From a virus, in IMG/VR virus record IMGVR_UViG_3300027887_000463, positions 9,371 to 73,370 of that record: a DNA stretch of 64,000 nucleotides; one strand, given 5' to 3'. Shown piece by piece: positions 9,441-20,500 of this stretch (position 1 is its first letter; each line of letters begins with the position of its first letter). Made by a program: the position numbers and the translations under genes. Below the pieces are notes generated by a model. That model saw only the letters and a list, made by a program, of their open reading frames with translations. It was not told the origin of the DNA and ran no database searches.

Positions 9441-12404
9441 ATGACTATAAAAGAATATATAATTGATAGATTGCTCGAGTTTGACCCCACACTGGACACC
9501 AGTGATAACTCGGCATTAGTGGACTTACTAGTTAATCCTGGATCGGCTATGCTCGATCCTGTCATTGCACAACTAAACTTTCTATTAACTAATTTAGGTT
9601 TAGCTAGTCCAGAGACTATAGATGAATCTGAATTCGATTCGATTGCAGCTAACTTTCTAAAATCTAGAAAGCAAGGAGCTAAAGCTGTTGGGGTCGTAGA
9701 ACTTTTTTACAACAATCCTATCAATTTAGATATACCACAAGGAACTACCTTCACAAGTTCGACGGGAGTAGTGTTTGAAACTACACAAGCTATCCATATA
9801 CCTCTATCCAGCATGGCAGGTAACACATGGAATTTTCCTCGTTATTCGACTGGACCTATTCCGGTATCTGCTCAAGAGTTTGGAGTGATAGGTTCCATAC
9901 CTCCTAATGATATAAAGAGTACAAATCTCGTTCCCGCGCCTGCTCTTGTTACAAACCCATCAGCCTTTAGTGGAGGGGCAGATAAGGAAACCAATACAGA
10001 CTTTGCTGCACGCCTAATTGATGAGACTCTTACAGCAGCTCTAGGAAGCTCAGCGAGTATCAAAGCTAATTTAAGCCCTGCCTATCCTACAATCGAATCT
10101 GTAAAAACACGGGGAATGAATGATGTTGAGATGCTCAGGGACTTAGTATATTCGGGCATTCAAGTTTATAGTAACTATTATAACGTAGATTTCTACGGAA
10201 AAATTTCAGGGCTTAATGAACCACCATTCCCGCAAAGCATAGCCTATTGGAACGTGTTCTATGATGATCCAAATACATCAGGACTTATTCCAGATCTTCC
10301 TATCGTCACTGAGTTTACAGATCAATTTACCACCGGCCAATACGGGGGTATCTATGATCTTAACGATGCACTTAAAACAACCGTACAAACCACAATAGTT
10401 TTAGAAGATGACTTCCAGGCTCCTACGCTAGATCCGGCATGGATTCTATCGGATTCGGTTACTGGGCTGGGTATATTAAAAGATGCTAATGAATTTTTAC
10501 TAACGACCGTAAGCGGTACACAAATGCTAAGGCTGGGCAATAGATTATCACCAGATGACGCAGACGCCCAGGCATTGGTATCCATCTCTCAAGCGCAACT
10601 CTATAATATATTAAATATGTTAAAGAGCTTCAATCGTTTTGGTAAGTGGTTATGGAGAAGCAGTATATTTGATTTACAAATTAGACAGTTCCAAGCTTAT
10701 AATGACTTGATAGATTTTATTCAAGCAGATGATGATAAAGATAATAACATGTTAAGTCCGGAGGAACGTCAGGTTTGGAATATTATACGAAGTTTATCTG
10801 ATGCAGCACTTCTGGAAAAGACACATAATTTCTATCCGCTTGCTACAAGAACACTGGCTAAGCATGCTGGAGTAACTATAACAGGGAGATTTCAAACAGA
10901 CGACACTTCAACGGATGGACGTCTTTCATATGTTACCGTTCTTCGTGATCCGGACTCAATAGATCCAACTAATGGTTATGGATTTGCCTGGATGAAGAAT
11001 GATGCTAGTAATAGTATCTTTAATGTGTATCTTGTAGATAATAGTACTCTATCTAATGATCTGTTTGTAAGTACGACCACCATAGTATTACCACAAGGAG
11101 AAAACCAATTTAAAGCTGCGGCTAAGGTTGATATAAAAGCAGATAAACTCTACAGATTTAAACTGGTTATTGGCGATGATTATTCCATGTCTCTAAAGAT
11201 ATGGTTGAATGGCTCAGCCGAACCCGGTATTCCAACTCTCAGTACAGGAGCCCCGCAAAACGTTACAGCCGATGGATCTCATATCGGATTTGGTGTAATG
11301 GGAACACAAAACGGACAATGGTTCTATGATGATCTTCTGGTGGAGAACAATGCTGGGGTTCATACCGCGCTTCTGTATAGACTGAAAGCGGATCCGGCGG
11401 AGTTTCCAAATGGATCTCTAGCACGAGTTAATCATTATGGTTATGCTTACGACGGAACTACCTATGGCCTATCCGCCTTTATCAAACACTTCAATGGTTC
11501 TGTTTGGGAATGGGTTGAAATAGGTACCAATACAAGTACCAATGTTAGTGATCGAGAAGTAACCAGACTCGCATACGATTTTACTATGAATACAGATTAT
11601 CGGGATACTGATAACTTTATAGATGTATTAATCACTTCTACCGAAGCACAAACCACCGTAACTGAGGCTACATCGTACTATGTAAATTTAGAAACAGGTA
11701 TACCATCAGGAGTACATACAGGGGGATGTGCAGATATCTACATTAATGATCCAGGCTCAATCTTAGTGGCAGAGCAAACACTTAATAATGTGACTGGGAA
11801 TATTTTACTAGATACATCTAATGGCTTTATGGGACCTCTACATACTATCGTAGATGTTCAGACTGCGTTGATCGGGGATTCACTGACCGAGAATACAGAT
11901 TGGACATTAATAACGACGAATGCCGCCACCGCCTATTCGGTTCAAGAATATCCTTATCTAGCCTTTAGCCCTGATTTAGCTAACACAAAGGTAAAAATTA
12001 TTTATCGGTATTATGCATATGGGCAGGATGTACAGAATAGAGTATCCTCAGACCAATACAGATATTCAGGAGCAAGTAATTTGTCTAAGATAATGCCCCC
12101 ATGTGTGGTACGTATTAATAACCTTCGTTATAGAGGCAACCTCTCCGTAGGAGATGCGCAGCTAGCAATCGCAAATTATGTGAATACCCAACCAGAAAAG
12201 GTAACTCGTAACGAAATTATAAATGCATTATACACAGCAGGAGTTTCTTTTGTAGACCTGACTAATGTCGATATCGAAATCATACTACATAACTATAAAA
12301 GAGAAACACAAGATCCGGAACAGCTGGTTAGTGAATATATTAAACCAGATCTGTCCGCATTCTTTACCGACTCTTATGAAATGACCGGAGTTATAAAACT
12401 ATAA
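9441..12404 (+). CDS. Baseplate J-like protein (gpJ/gp6 family), 987 aa
   Basis: Follows the gp25-like gene as in P2 W-J-I-H order; FSGGADKETNTDFAARLI resembles the Baseplate_J GG-D-E...R motif. Confidence 0.45.
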   Translation: MTIKEYIIDRLLEFDPTLDTSDNSALVDLLVNPGSAMLDPVIAQLNFLLTNLGLASPETIDESEFDSIAANFLKSRKQGAKAVGVVELFYNNPINLDIPQGTTFTSSTGVVFETTQAIHIPLSSMAGNTWNFPRYSTGPIPVSAQEFGVIGSIPPNDIKSTNLVPAPALVTNPSAFSGGADKETNTDFAARLIDETLTAALGSSASIKANLSPAYPTIESVKTRGMNDVEMLRDLVYSGIQVYSNYYNVDFYGKISGLNEPPFPQSIAYWNVFYDDPNTSGLIPDLPIVTEFTDQFTTGQYGGIYDLNDALKTTVQTTIVLEDDFQAPTLDPAWILSDSVTGLGILKDANEFLLTTVSGTQMLRLGNRLSPDDADAQALVSISQAQLYNILNMLKSFNRFGKWLWRSSIFDLQIRQFQAYNDLIDFIQADDDKDNNMLSPEERQVWNIIRSLSDAALLEKTHNFYPLATRTLAKHAGVTITGRFQTDDTSTDGRLSYVTVLRDPDSIDPTNGYGFAWMKNDASNSIFNVYLVDNSTLSNDLFVSTTTIVLPQGENQFKAAAKVDIKADKLYRFKLVIGDDYSMSLKIWLNGSAEPGIPTLSTGAPQNVTADGSHIGFGVMGTQNGQWFYDDLLVENNAGVHTALLYRLKADPAEFPNGSLARVNHYGYAYDGTTYGLSAFIKHFNGSVWEWVEIGTNTSTNVSDREVTRLAYDFTMNTDYRDTDNFIDVLITSTEAQTTVTEATSYYVNLETGIPSGVHTGGCADIYINDPGSILVAEQTLNNVTGNILLDTSNGFMGPLHTIVDVQTALIGDSLTENTDWTLITTNAATAYSVQEYPYLAFSPDLANTKVKIIYRYYAYGQDVQNRVSSDQYRYSGASNLSKIMPPCVVRINNLRYRGNLSVGDAQLAIANYVNTQPEKVTRNEIINALYTAGVSFVDLTNVDIEIILHNYKRETQDPEQLVSEYIKPDLSAFFTDSYEMTGVIKL

Positions 12405-13831
12405 TGATTCCCCAGATAACACAGATATGGGATTACATAGGATCAGCGTGGAATAATTTCCAGGATAAAGAACTCGTAGAGAATTTCTGGGCTGCGCTAG
12501 CTAGTGGTAATCAATATGTTTTTAGCCATGTTTCAAATGTACAGTTCAGTCGTACAATAGACTATATGTATCCTACATTTGATTATGGTCCTGAGACTTT
12601 TATTATAGTATATTCTGGACTAACAACCGATTTAACGGTTAGTCCTATTGTAAACGGACAAGAGCAGGTATTAAATGGTGGTTTTGAAACAAATACTTCA
12701 GGCTGGATATCATATGGATCTGTCCCCTTTGTTCGATCAAATACATATGCACATACTGGAACCTGGTCAATTAAATTACCGGCTAATAATTCTTCAGCAG
12801 GTGCTAAATATAGTTTTGGAGGAAGCCAATTACCATCTTCCACGCTTACTGCGTGGTTTAAATTAGGATCTCTTCCGTCTACAGGTCAAGCCGGCTCGAT
12901 AGGACTTCTGGCGGTTGATGAAAACGATATGATAGTTGCGATGTCATTGGCAGCTGTGAATACAACTGCTTGGCAGAAGGTGACTATATATAGTCAGTTG
13001 CCAAACATTCGCGGATTAATTGTGTACAGTTTAACTGCCGTAGACGTTTATGTAGATGATGTATCGTTGCAAAGAACTGGATATTTTGAATATGCTCTTC
13101 CAGAATATACTTACTCTGTACCAACCATTACGTATAAATATACTTATAATGGGGTTGTATATACGGGAACATATACCGAGAATGTTGACTACCTCATTTC
13201 GTCGGAACTGAACTCGCTAATTTGGATAGGTACGATTATTCCCGATCGGCGATATTCAGATAAAAGAGTTTTAATAGGGACTGCCGACCACGTATATAGA
13301 ATCAATCCCGTACTAGGCGATGTGTGGTCTCGCCAATGTGGCTTCAAGATACAGACGATGTATCCTAGTTATGGTTCTTTCGGACAAGAAAAATACACAC
13401 ATCTGAAGCAATTGATTTGGTCATTAGATTTTTATCAGCAACAGGCTCCTAGTATATATACACTAAGAAATGCTTATGGAATTGCTAGGGGACTTCCTTT
13501 TGCGTATGAATCTGGAATTATGAGTTATACAACAGTAGGTGGGCTCTATAATGTAACTATAGGTGGAGATACTTTTATATTCCCCTCTGGAGTAAGGCCC
13601 GGCCCTATTGGTTATTACGACAAGTTTGAAGTACTAGCAAGTGGTTTAGAACTATATGATTATATTAGCAATCCGTCATTAATAAATACCTACACAAACC
13701 CGTATACGCGCAGATCTACTTTAATCTACGATCTTGATGCAAGTTTATCGGGAATATCCTTCTCACAGGATTTTCTGGACACTTATATGGCAAAAATTAT
13801 CCCAGAACAAATACAATATCTAACAATATAA
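12404..13831 (+). CDS. Baseplate/tail-fibre-associated protein with CBM_4_9-like carbohydrate-binding module
   Basis: VLNGGFETNTSGWISYG ... VDDVSLQ pattern typical of CBM4/9 beta-sandwich modules; position equivalent to P2 gpI. Confidence 0.45.
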   Translation: MIPQITQIWDYIGSAWNNFQDKELVENFWAALASGNQYVFSHVSNVQFSRTIDYMYPTFDYGPETFIIVYSGLTTDLTVSPIVNGQEQVLNGGFETNTSGWISYGSVPFVRSNTYAHTGTWSIKLPANNSSAGAKYSFGGSQLPSSTLTAWFKLGSLPSTGQAGSIGLLAVDENDMIVAMSLAAVNTTAWQKVTIYSQLPNIRGLIVYSLTAVDVYVDDVSLQRTGYFEYALPEYTYSVPTITYKYTYNGVVYTGTYTENVDYLISSELNSLIWIGTIIPDRRYSDKRVLIGTADHVYRINPVLGDVWSRQCGFKIQTMYPSYGSFGQEKYTHLKQLIWSLDFYQQQAPSIYTLRNAYGIARGLPFAYESGIMSYTTVGGLYNVTIGGDTFIFPSGVRPGPIGYYDKFEVLASGLELYDYISNPSLINTYTNPYTRRSTLIYDLDASLSGISFSQDFLDTYMAKIIPEQIQYLTI

Positions 13832-13841
13832 TGGACTAATC

Positions 13842-16331
13842 ATGGAACGAGTAATAGTAAATGAAGGTACCAAAGTCAATCTGTATGATCTCTTCGAAGA
13901 TCTGCAGGACTATTCGCAAACTAACTTTTTAAGAGTAATCGATCTGCTGATAGAGACTTATGGAGTAAATGCCGATTATCTTCAATCAGGGATACCGGCC
14001 TCGGACACTACTTTAAAAGTAACAACGAGTGCAGGAACGTATGTTAATATAGCTCCTGGAGAAGCACTTACTTCCGGATTACATTATATACGTATCTCTG
14101 CTCCCACAACTTTTTCAACCGTTGGGTTAAGCGTGGGGGATCATAAGCTTTGGCTTATGCATCAATATTCTGAGTCCGATCCTGTCGATGTTATGAGCGG
14201 CTTTGCCATAGGCTTGCTCGGAGGATCACAAAGAAATTCTCGTAAACATGATTCGTATGCTTTTGCCTGGGATATGGTTACAACGACTAGCGGGGTTCTA
14301 CTAGCAAACGTAGCCATTATAGGAGGAGCCTTAGTTGATGAAGTTGAAGATGAACGACACGCTAACATATTAAAGTTTAAAACTAATGTAATTCCAGTGG
14401 ACGTAGTGAGAAAGACAGAAACCGCCGTACAGGAAGTACAAGGTGGTTTTTGGGCAGCGTCTCTTGCAGCTGTCGGGGTTTCCTACTTAGATAAATTTAC
14501 TATCACTACAGGAACTGGTATTCACACGTTATCTGGAAATGAAGCAACTCTGTTAAAAGCTAGATCCCACGATCAGAATACTGATACATATACAACGGCT
14601 TCGAACTTTTATGTTGGCGGACCTGCCGGAACAGGATCACTTGTATTAACAATTCCAGATGAGCCCATGCTTCCTCAAAATCTACGGATAGTAGATATAT
14701 CTCCGGTTACTCTAAGCGACTACAGGGACAAAGCATATGAAGAAAGCCGAATGCCCCTTGAAGTTAAGGTGGGTTTGATTTCTCATGAGGCTGCTGTAAC
14801 TATGAAGTGGAATTGGGACGAGGTATTGATGATTGGCGCACCTGGCCCGAACACTGCTCTTATTGCCCTTAACCCTGGTCCAGATAGGGAAGTGCTGGCA
14901 GATGAATTAATCGGTTATCACTTCTGGCATCCTACTGGATATGATTATGTTATCACAGATAATGGAGCATCATATTCTGTAACAGGACAATATGCTACAC
15001 AAATAACTGTACAACCTTATGGACATTCTGTTGGTCTTGAAACACTACCACTAATTTATACAGGAACTTCGGCCAAAGCTTGGGTCCATAGTAACGCAGA
15101 TTCCTATGATATAGTTGCCATTCCGGTAACGAAGTCTGATGATGAAGTACTAGAGGAGCGTTATGAAGCAAGAATTATCTCAGCCAATGGAACTCCAATT
15201 AGTTTAAAGACTATGGAGAATTATTTCCTTGGAGAAAATATTAGAATAAATATTCGAGCAAATAACCTATCAAGACATTCGGGGTGGGCTATAATGCCCC
15301 CGGGATCATTTACTAAACCATCCCCATGGCTATCACCAGTTACTTATAGATCACCGTTACTAGTAAAGATCCCAGACATCTCTTCAGTAGGAGCATCTAT
15401 TTCTGCGGCGGGATCTTCAACTGGCTTTGTAATAAACATAAATGGATGGTCATTAGCCACAGATTTCGAATTAGTTTGGTCTGCTGATCAGAATGGTGCA
15501 GATTTCAATAACCCAAGGGCAGAACGGAGAATTACAAGCGCACGAAAAGTAGATATCACTACATCGATGACTATAAGATACTATGTAAAGGTTCGCCCAC
15601 TTATTTCTGGACAATCGGTTGCCCCCGCATTAGCGACTGATGTTATGTCTGGTTCAGGAGGACAGAAACCGGTAATCTATACCTTCGGTCCAACACAAGT
15701 TAATCTTAAAACATACTCCGGAACAATCGGTGGATATAATGTTGGACCAGAAGCCTGGAGCCTTACTAGTATGTATAGTCCTGCTGGAAGTGTTGTTGTG
15801 TCCGGCTATATTAATTCCTCATTACAGGGGGAGACTCTAACCGTAGGAGTTACAGATTATAATATTGACGATACGATGGGGAGTTATTTCCTATGTCTTA
15901 GTGATATGAATGGAAACTTTGTAAGTGCAGGACTTGCTGGACAAGCATACACAATTGGCGTATCTAAGTTTGCTAGAGAGTTGCATACATGGACTGGCCC
16001 AGGATTTGATTTTGTAATAACTGAAATTGAGGTTAATCAATTTGCTAAACCAGGATCCAATGTATATGCCACATCTCCGGTATTAAGGGTATATCCATTA
16101 GCTATGGAATCAGAATACGATAGTGTTGTTCTGAGTTCTCCAGGATCTGCCCGCTATCTACAATCAACAGATATTTTAGTTACACAGAACTGGGGAAATC
16201 GGATTGTTCGTATAGATCTCTATGATCCGAGTGGCAGTACCGATGCCAACAAGGTAGGATTTACAGGAGCAATTACATTATCCTATAGAGCAATAACTCC
16301 ATCTGATGAGTATAGTGGATTAAACCGATAA
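13842..16331 (+). CDS. Tail fibre/baseplate structural protein (829 aa)
   Basis: Large Ser/Thr/Gly-rich ORF between baseplate genes and the giant fibre. Confidence 0.45.
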   Translation: MERVIVNEGTKVNLYDLFEDLQDYSQTNFLRVIDLLIETYGVNADYLQSGIPASDTTLKVTTSAGTYVNIAPGEALTSGLHYIRISAPTTFSTVGLSVGDHKLWLMHQYSESDPVDVMSGFAIGLLGGSQRNSRKHDSYAFAWDMVTTTSGVLLANVAIIGGALVDEVEDERHANILKFKTNVIPVDVVRKTETAVQEVQGGFWAASLAAVGVSYLDKFTITTGTGIHTLSGNEATLLKARSHDQNTDTYTTASNFYVGGPAGTGSLVLTIPDEPMLPQNLRIVDISPVTLSDYRDKAYEESRMPLEVKVGLISHEAAVTMKWNWDEVLMIGAPGPNTALIALNPGPDREVLADELIGYHFWHPTGYDYVITDNGASYSVTGQYATQITVQPYGHSVGLETLPLIYTGTSAKAWVHSNADSYDIVAIPVTKSDDEVLEERYEARIISANGTPISLKTMENYFLGENIRINIRANNLSRHSGWAIMPPGSFTKPSPWLSPVTYRSPLLVKIPDISSVGASISAAGSSTGFVININGWSLATDFELVWSADQNGADFNNPRAERRITSARKVDITTSMTIRYYVKVRPLISGQSVAPALATDVMSGSGGQKPVIYTFGPTQVNLKTYSGTIGGYNVGPEAWSLTSMYSPAGSVVVSGYINSSLQGETLTVGVTDYNIDDTMGSYFLCLSDMNGNFVSAGLAGQAYTIGVSKFARELHTWTGPGFDFVITEIEVNQFAKPGSNVYATSPVLRVYPLAMESEYDSVVLSSPGSARYLQSTDILVTQNWGNRIVRIDLYDPSGSTDANKVGFTGAITLSYRAITPSDEYSGLNR

Positions 16332-16340
16332 GGATAGAAC

Positions 16341-17564
16341 ATGTTAGATAATCTAACAATAGCACAACCTAATGTAGATAGAATAACAATTCTAAATTCA
16401 GGTATTGTTACTCTTATAGAGGATCTTTATAGAGAAGACCTTGTTCTGGGACGTAGTCGTATCAAAGCTACCTTCTCATCATTACAAGTGTCGGGACTTA
16501 TTGAGCGGCTATACTATGAGGTTTATGATGGGAATCTTGAAGCAGATAATGTTATCGAGTTTGATATGGTTCCCTCTGGAACAGAGTCTGTAGAAATTGC
16601 AGGAGTAACTTATACGTTTGTAGCATCGGGTCTATTAATTTCCCCCAATGATGTTCCGCTAAGAAACACGGCACTAGGTTGTGCCATTGCGTTGTATCGA
16701 GTTATAAACAAAAACGGAATCCCTGGAGCTGATTATGTCCTCTCAGGACAAAATGTACATCCATATGTATCTGGACTTCTTGCTGATAATCCTTTGTATC
16801 TTCAGATAAATACCTCAGGAATTATTGGAAATACCTACACGATATATAAAAATTATGATTCCACCGCACTGGGAGTTTATAGTGTTAGGTTTAGTAAAGG
16901 TAAAGACCAAGAGGTGAAAAATCCTTTATGGTTTGACTACGTGGCTTATTCTGGAACTAACGGAACCACTTATCTTTGTGATGTTCCTTCTTCAGATTAT
17001 GGTTTAACTTATTATGTTCGACTGTATTTTGCAAATTCTAGCGGACTTCAGGCACTTAATGTCTTACAAGAACCTTCTGATTATTGGCGATATACGCCGC
17101 CCTTCTTCGGCCGAACTTCTCTACCATATTATGCTGAAGTATCTGGATTAGTTGGTTCAGATCTTGTACAAGGAAAGATTCCTTCAATTCATGAGCTTGT
17201 AATAAAGTGGGATGATATGCATGTTTATTCCGGACTTAATGTAAAATTAGCATACCCGCTTACTACAGGAACCCCTACCCAATCAACGGATTCATATGAC
17301 CTGGTTGAATTAGGGCAAAAATTTTCGTATATTATATTTGTGTTCAAATCATCGGCAGGGTCTTCACCACAACGAAGCTGGCCGAGACCTACCGATGCGA
17401 ATGGCACCTGGTATTATGCCGGCAGAACAGATGATACCTCTGCTCGAGTATTTATGCCAATAGGATCCACATATTCAATTTGGGTAGGATTTGGAAACGC
17501 AGATACACTGAGAACTTCAGGCCTACCAATAGACATTGTACACCCCGACATTTACATAGAGTAA
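16341..17564 (+). CDS. Tail-associated structural protein (407 aa)
   Basis: ORF ending 1 nt before the giant fibre gene. Confidence 0.45.
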   Translation: MLDNLTIAQPNVDRITILNSGIVTLIEDLYREDLVLGRSRIKATFSSLQVSGLIERLYYEVYDGNLEADNVIEFDMVPSGTESVEIAGVTYTFVASGLLISPNDVPLRNTALGCAIALYRVINKNGIPGADYVLSGQNVHPYVSGLLADNPLYLQINTSGIIGNTYTIYKNYDSTALGVYSVRFSKGKDQEVKNPLWFDYVAYSGTNGTTYLCDVPSSDYGLTYYVRLYFANSSGLQALNVLQEPSDYWRYTPPFFGRTSLPYYAEVSGLVGSDLVQGKIPSIHELVIKWDDMHVYSGLNVKLAYPLTTGTPTQSTDSYDLVELGQKFSYIIFVFKSSAGSSPQRSWPRPTDANGTWYYAGRTDDTSARVFMPIGSTYSIWVGFGNADTLRTSGLPIDIVHPDIYIE

Positions 17565-17565
17565 T

Positions 17566-20500
17566 ATGGCTTCTTTCTTATTAAAGAGAACAACAGATAG
17601 CATAGCCTACGGAACCAAAGTTAAAAACGGTAGGTATGTAGTAGGTGCTTATGTTGTCTTATACAACTCCACAACTTCTACCCTTATCGGTCAAACACAG
17701 ACCGATAAATATGGCCGTTGGTACATCATCATTAATACCTCCACACCCGACCCAGGAATCTACCAAGTACGTTTCTACGGTTCCGGATTAATTTCCGCCG
17801 AACCACCTGATGGAGATTGGGAATTTGTTGAGATCGTTGATACCACAGCCGCACAACAGGGCGCTGTTACCTATCGCGGAATCTGGAAAGTTGGAACTCA
17901 GTATTACGGGAGTGCTATATACCATGAAGCTGTTAAAGCTCCTGATGGAAAATATTATTATTCTATAGCTGACAGTCTTGGGGTTCAACCGCCGAACGCT
18001 GGATCCTGGACATATTTCTCCGATCAATTTGCCTCCGTTGCAACCGACCTTCTTTTAGCACAAGATGTTGCTGTAGGAAGAACTATAACTCTTGGTACTG
18101 CTCTTGAAGATGGTGGTGCTGGTGGTATTCTACAAACTGCAGGAGTAACCGGGCTACGTTCTGGTACCGGGGGATTCTACGTTAAAGGTTCTGGACTCAG
18201 TGAACTACGTATAGGTACAGTTGATGGGGCCAACTTAGTAAGTGGCCTTCTATGGGATGGTCCTAATAATATCTTTGAAATTCGTTCCAAGAATTTCTCT
18301 ATAGATCAATATGGAAATGTTACAATCACTGGGCTAATTACTGCCACCTCTGGTCTCATAGGCGGATGGACGATTGGACCAACCTCACTCTATTCAAATA
18401 GTGGTGCTGGTGTTGGTATGTCTTCAGGCGATTGGCCCTTCTATGCCGGAGATACAAATCCCGCTAATGCTGAGTTTAGAGTAAGTAATGCTGGAGCTCT
18501 TTATGCTTCAAATGCTACTATTAGCGGTTCGATTTCTGCAAGTTCTGGGGTTATAGGCGGATGGATTATCGGACCAACATATTTATATTCAACTAATGTT
18601 GGCCTGGCCCCGTATGATTATCCCGTTTTTGCTGGAGCTGATTATAGTTCCCGTGCCTCTGCTCCTTTTAGAGTTAATACAGCTGGCTCTATATACAGCA
18701 TCTCCGGTATTATCGGAGGATGGGCTCTTGATACCAACACACTAACTGCACTTACTAACGGACAGATTCGTACAGGATCTTCTGGAACATATATAACTCT
18801 TGATAGAAATTATCTTCAAAGCTCTACTTATATATCCGGTAATCAAGGATTCAGAATAACATCTTCTACTGCAGATGCTGAGTTTAATAACATTGTAGCT
18901 CGTGGAACTTTCCGAGCATCCGTATTTGCCATTGATGAAGTAAATGCAACTGGCGGAACCATGATGGTTACCGACGCTGCTGAGGTTGTTAGTGGTCTTA
19001 CCACTCCCAACGATCTTAGTACAACTTGGTATTTATGTGCTAGAAAAACCTACACAAACCAAGCAGCCATGTTTGGTGGTCCTGGTACGGCTACGGGCTA
19101 TGTTATAAGACTTAAGTTTGCCGATCAGGCGGTTAACGGAGTTACAGATATTTGGGCTACACGCACCTCAGCTGCAGCTGTAGATGGAGGAACATATTGG
19201 AGATTTACCGTTCAGAATGCTACAGTTAATTCCCAAAATAAGAATATTTATAAAGGTACTGCTGCAGTTGGTTATGGAACTTCTACATCTAAAAAAATAA
19301 TCCTAACCAGTGATTTGGGTGGATCCGCTGTAACTCCTTATATAGATATGTTCACTACAGGATCATCGCCCTGGAATGGTGTAACCACAAATCTTCGTCT
19401 TGGAAATCTTACCGGAATTACCGATCCATCTTATGGAACACTTCCTTCTGGAACTTATGGCCTCTATGCTGATAATGCTTATCTTAAGGGAGCTATTGTA
19501 GCTGCTTCTGGTCTTATTGGTGGATGGAATATTGGAAGTAATTATCTCTACTCTACTGCTGGTAACGGTGAAGGTTTAGCTCCTCTTGATTATCCTTTCT
19601 TTGCTGGAGCACAATATGCATCACGAGCATCGGCTCCCTTTAGAGTTAATACCACAGGAGCTATATATAGTGTATCTGGAATTATTGGTGGATGGAATCT
19701 TACACCTTCACAAATATTTGCACGTTCTCTAGTTGGTAGTGGTATGGTCAGTATGTATGGATTCCAGGCAAGCTCCGATTGGTGGTATGGGGGTTTTGAA
19801 TTAAAAGATTGGGCTACTTGGAGAACCGGAAATAAAGCACGTTACCACGGTTTCTTTGGAATGTCGGATAATGGATCGCCTCCAACTAAACCCGAGATTG
19901 TATTCTATGTAGGAGCTACTACAAATACTTCTCCCCGGTCTGACGCAGCTTTTTATATTGATATGGATGGAGGCATGAGGTTTGGTGGAACTCAAACCCA
20001 GCCTGGAATGACTTGGGATCCGAACACGAATGAATTGACTCTCAGTGGAATAATCACAGCAACTCAAGGAAAGATCGGCGGTTGGAATATAGGAGCGACC
20101 TCTCTTTATGCAGGAACCGGATCGTCTACTGTTGGATTAGCATCCTCGGGAGGCTATGCTATATATGCGGGCTCTGCTACTCCAAGTGCAGCTCCTTTTA
20201 GAGTTGATCCTGCTGGAAATGTTTGGGCAACTGCAGGATTCATTGGAGGGGATGACTCCTCCACAGGATGGGAAATTACTACCGGATCAATAGCAACAAC
20301 ATTAAATGGTGGTGAAATGTTTTTATCCACCGTAAATTTAGAACGCGCATATGCATCAATTCTAGGAATCGATAATTATTTTGCTGGTCTTTGGACTTAT
20401 TATACTGGACCAATCATACCCGGATCTCATGAAGCATATAGTTCGGTAAATGCTTCTACTACATCCAATGTGCCTGTTATATTTGCTGGAGCTGATACTA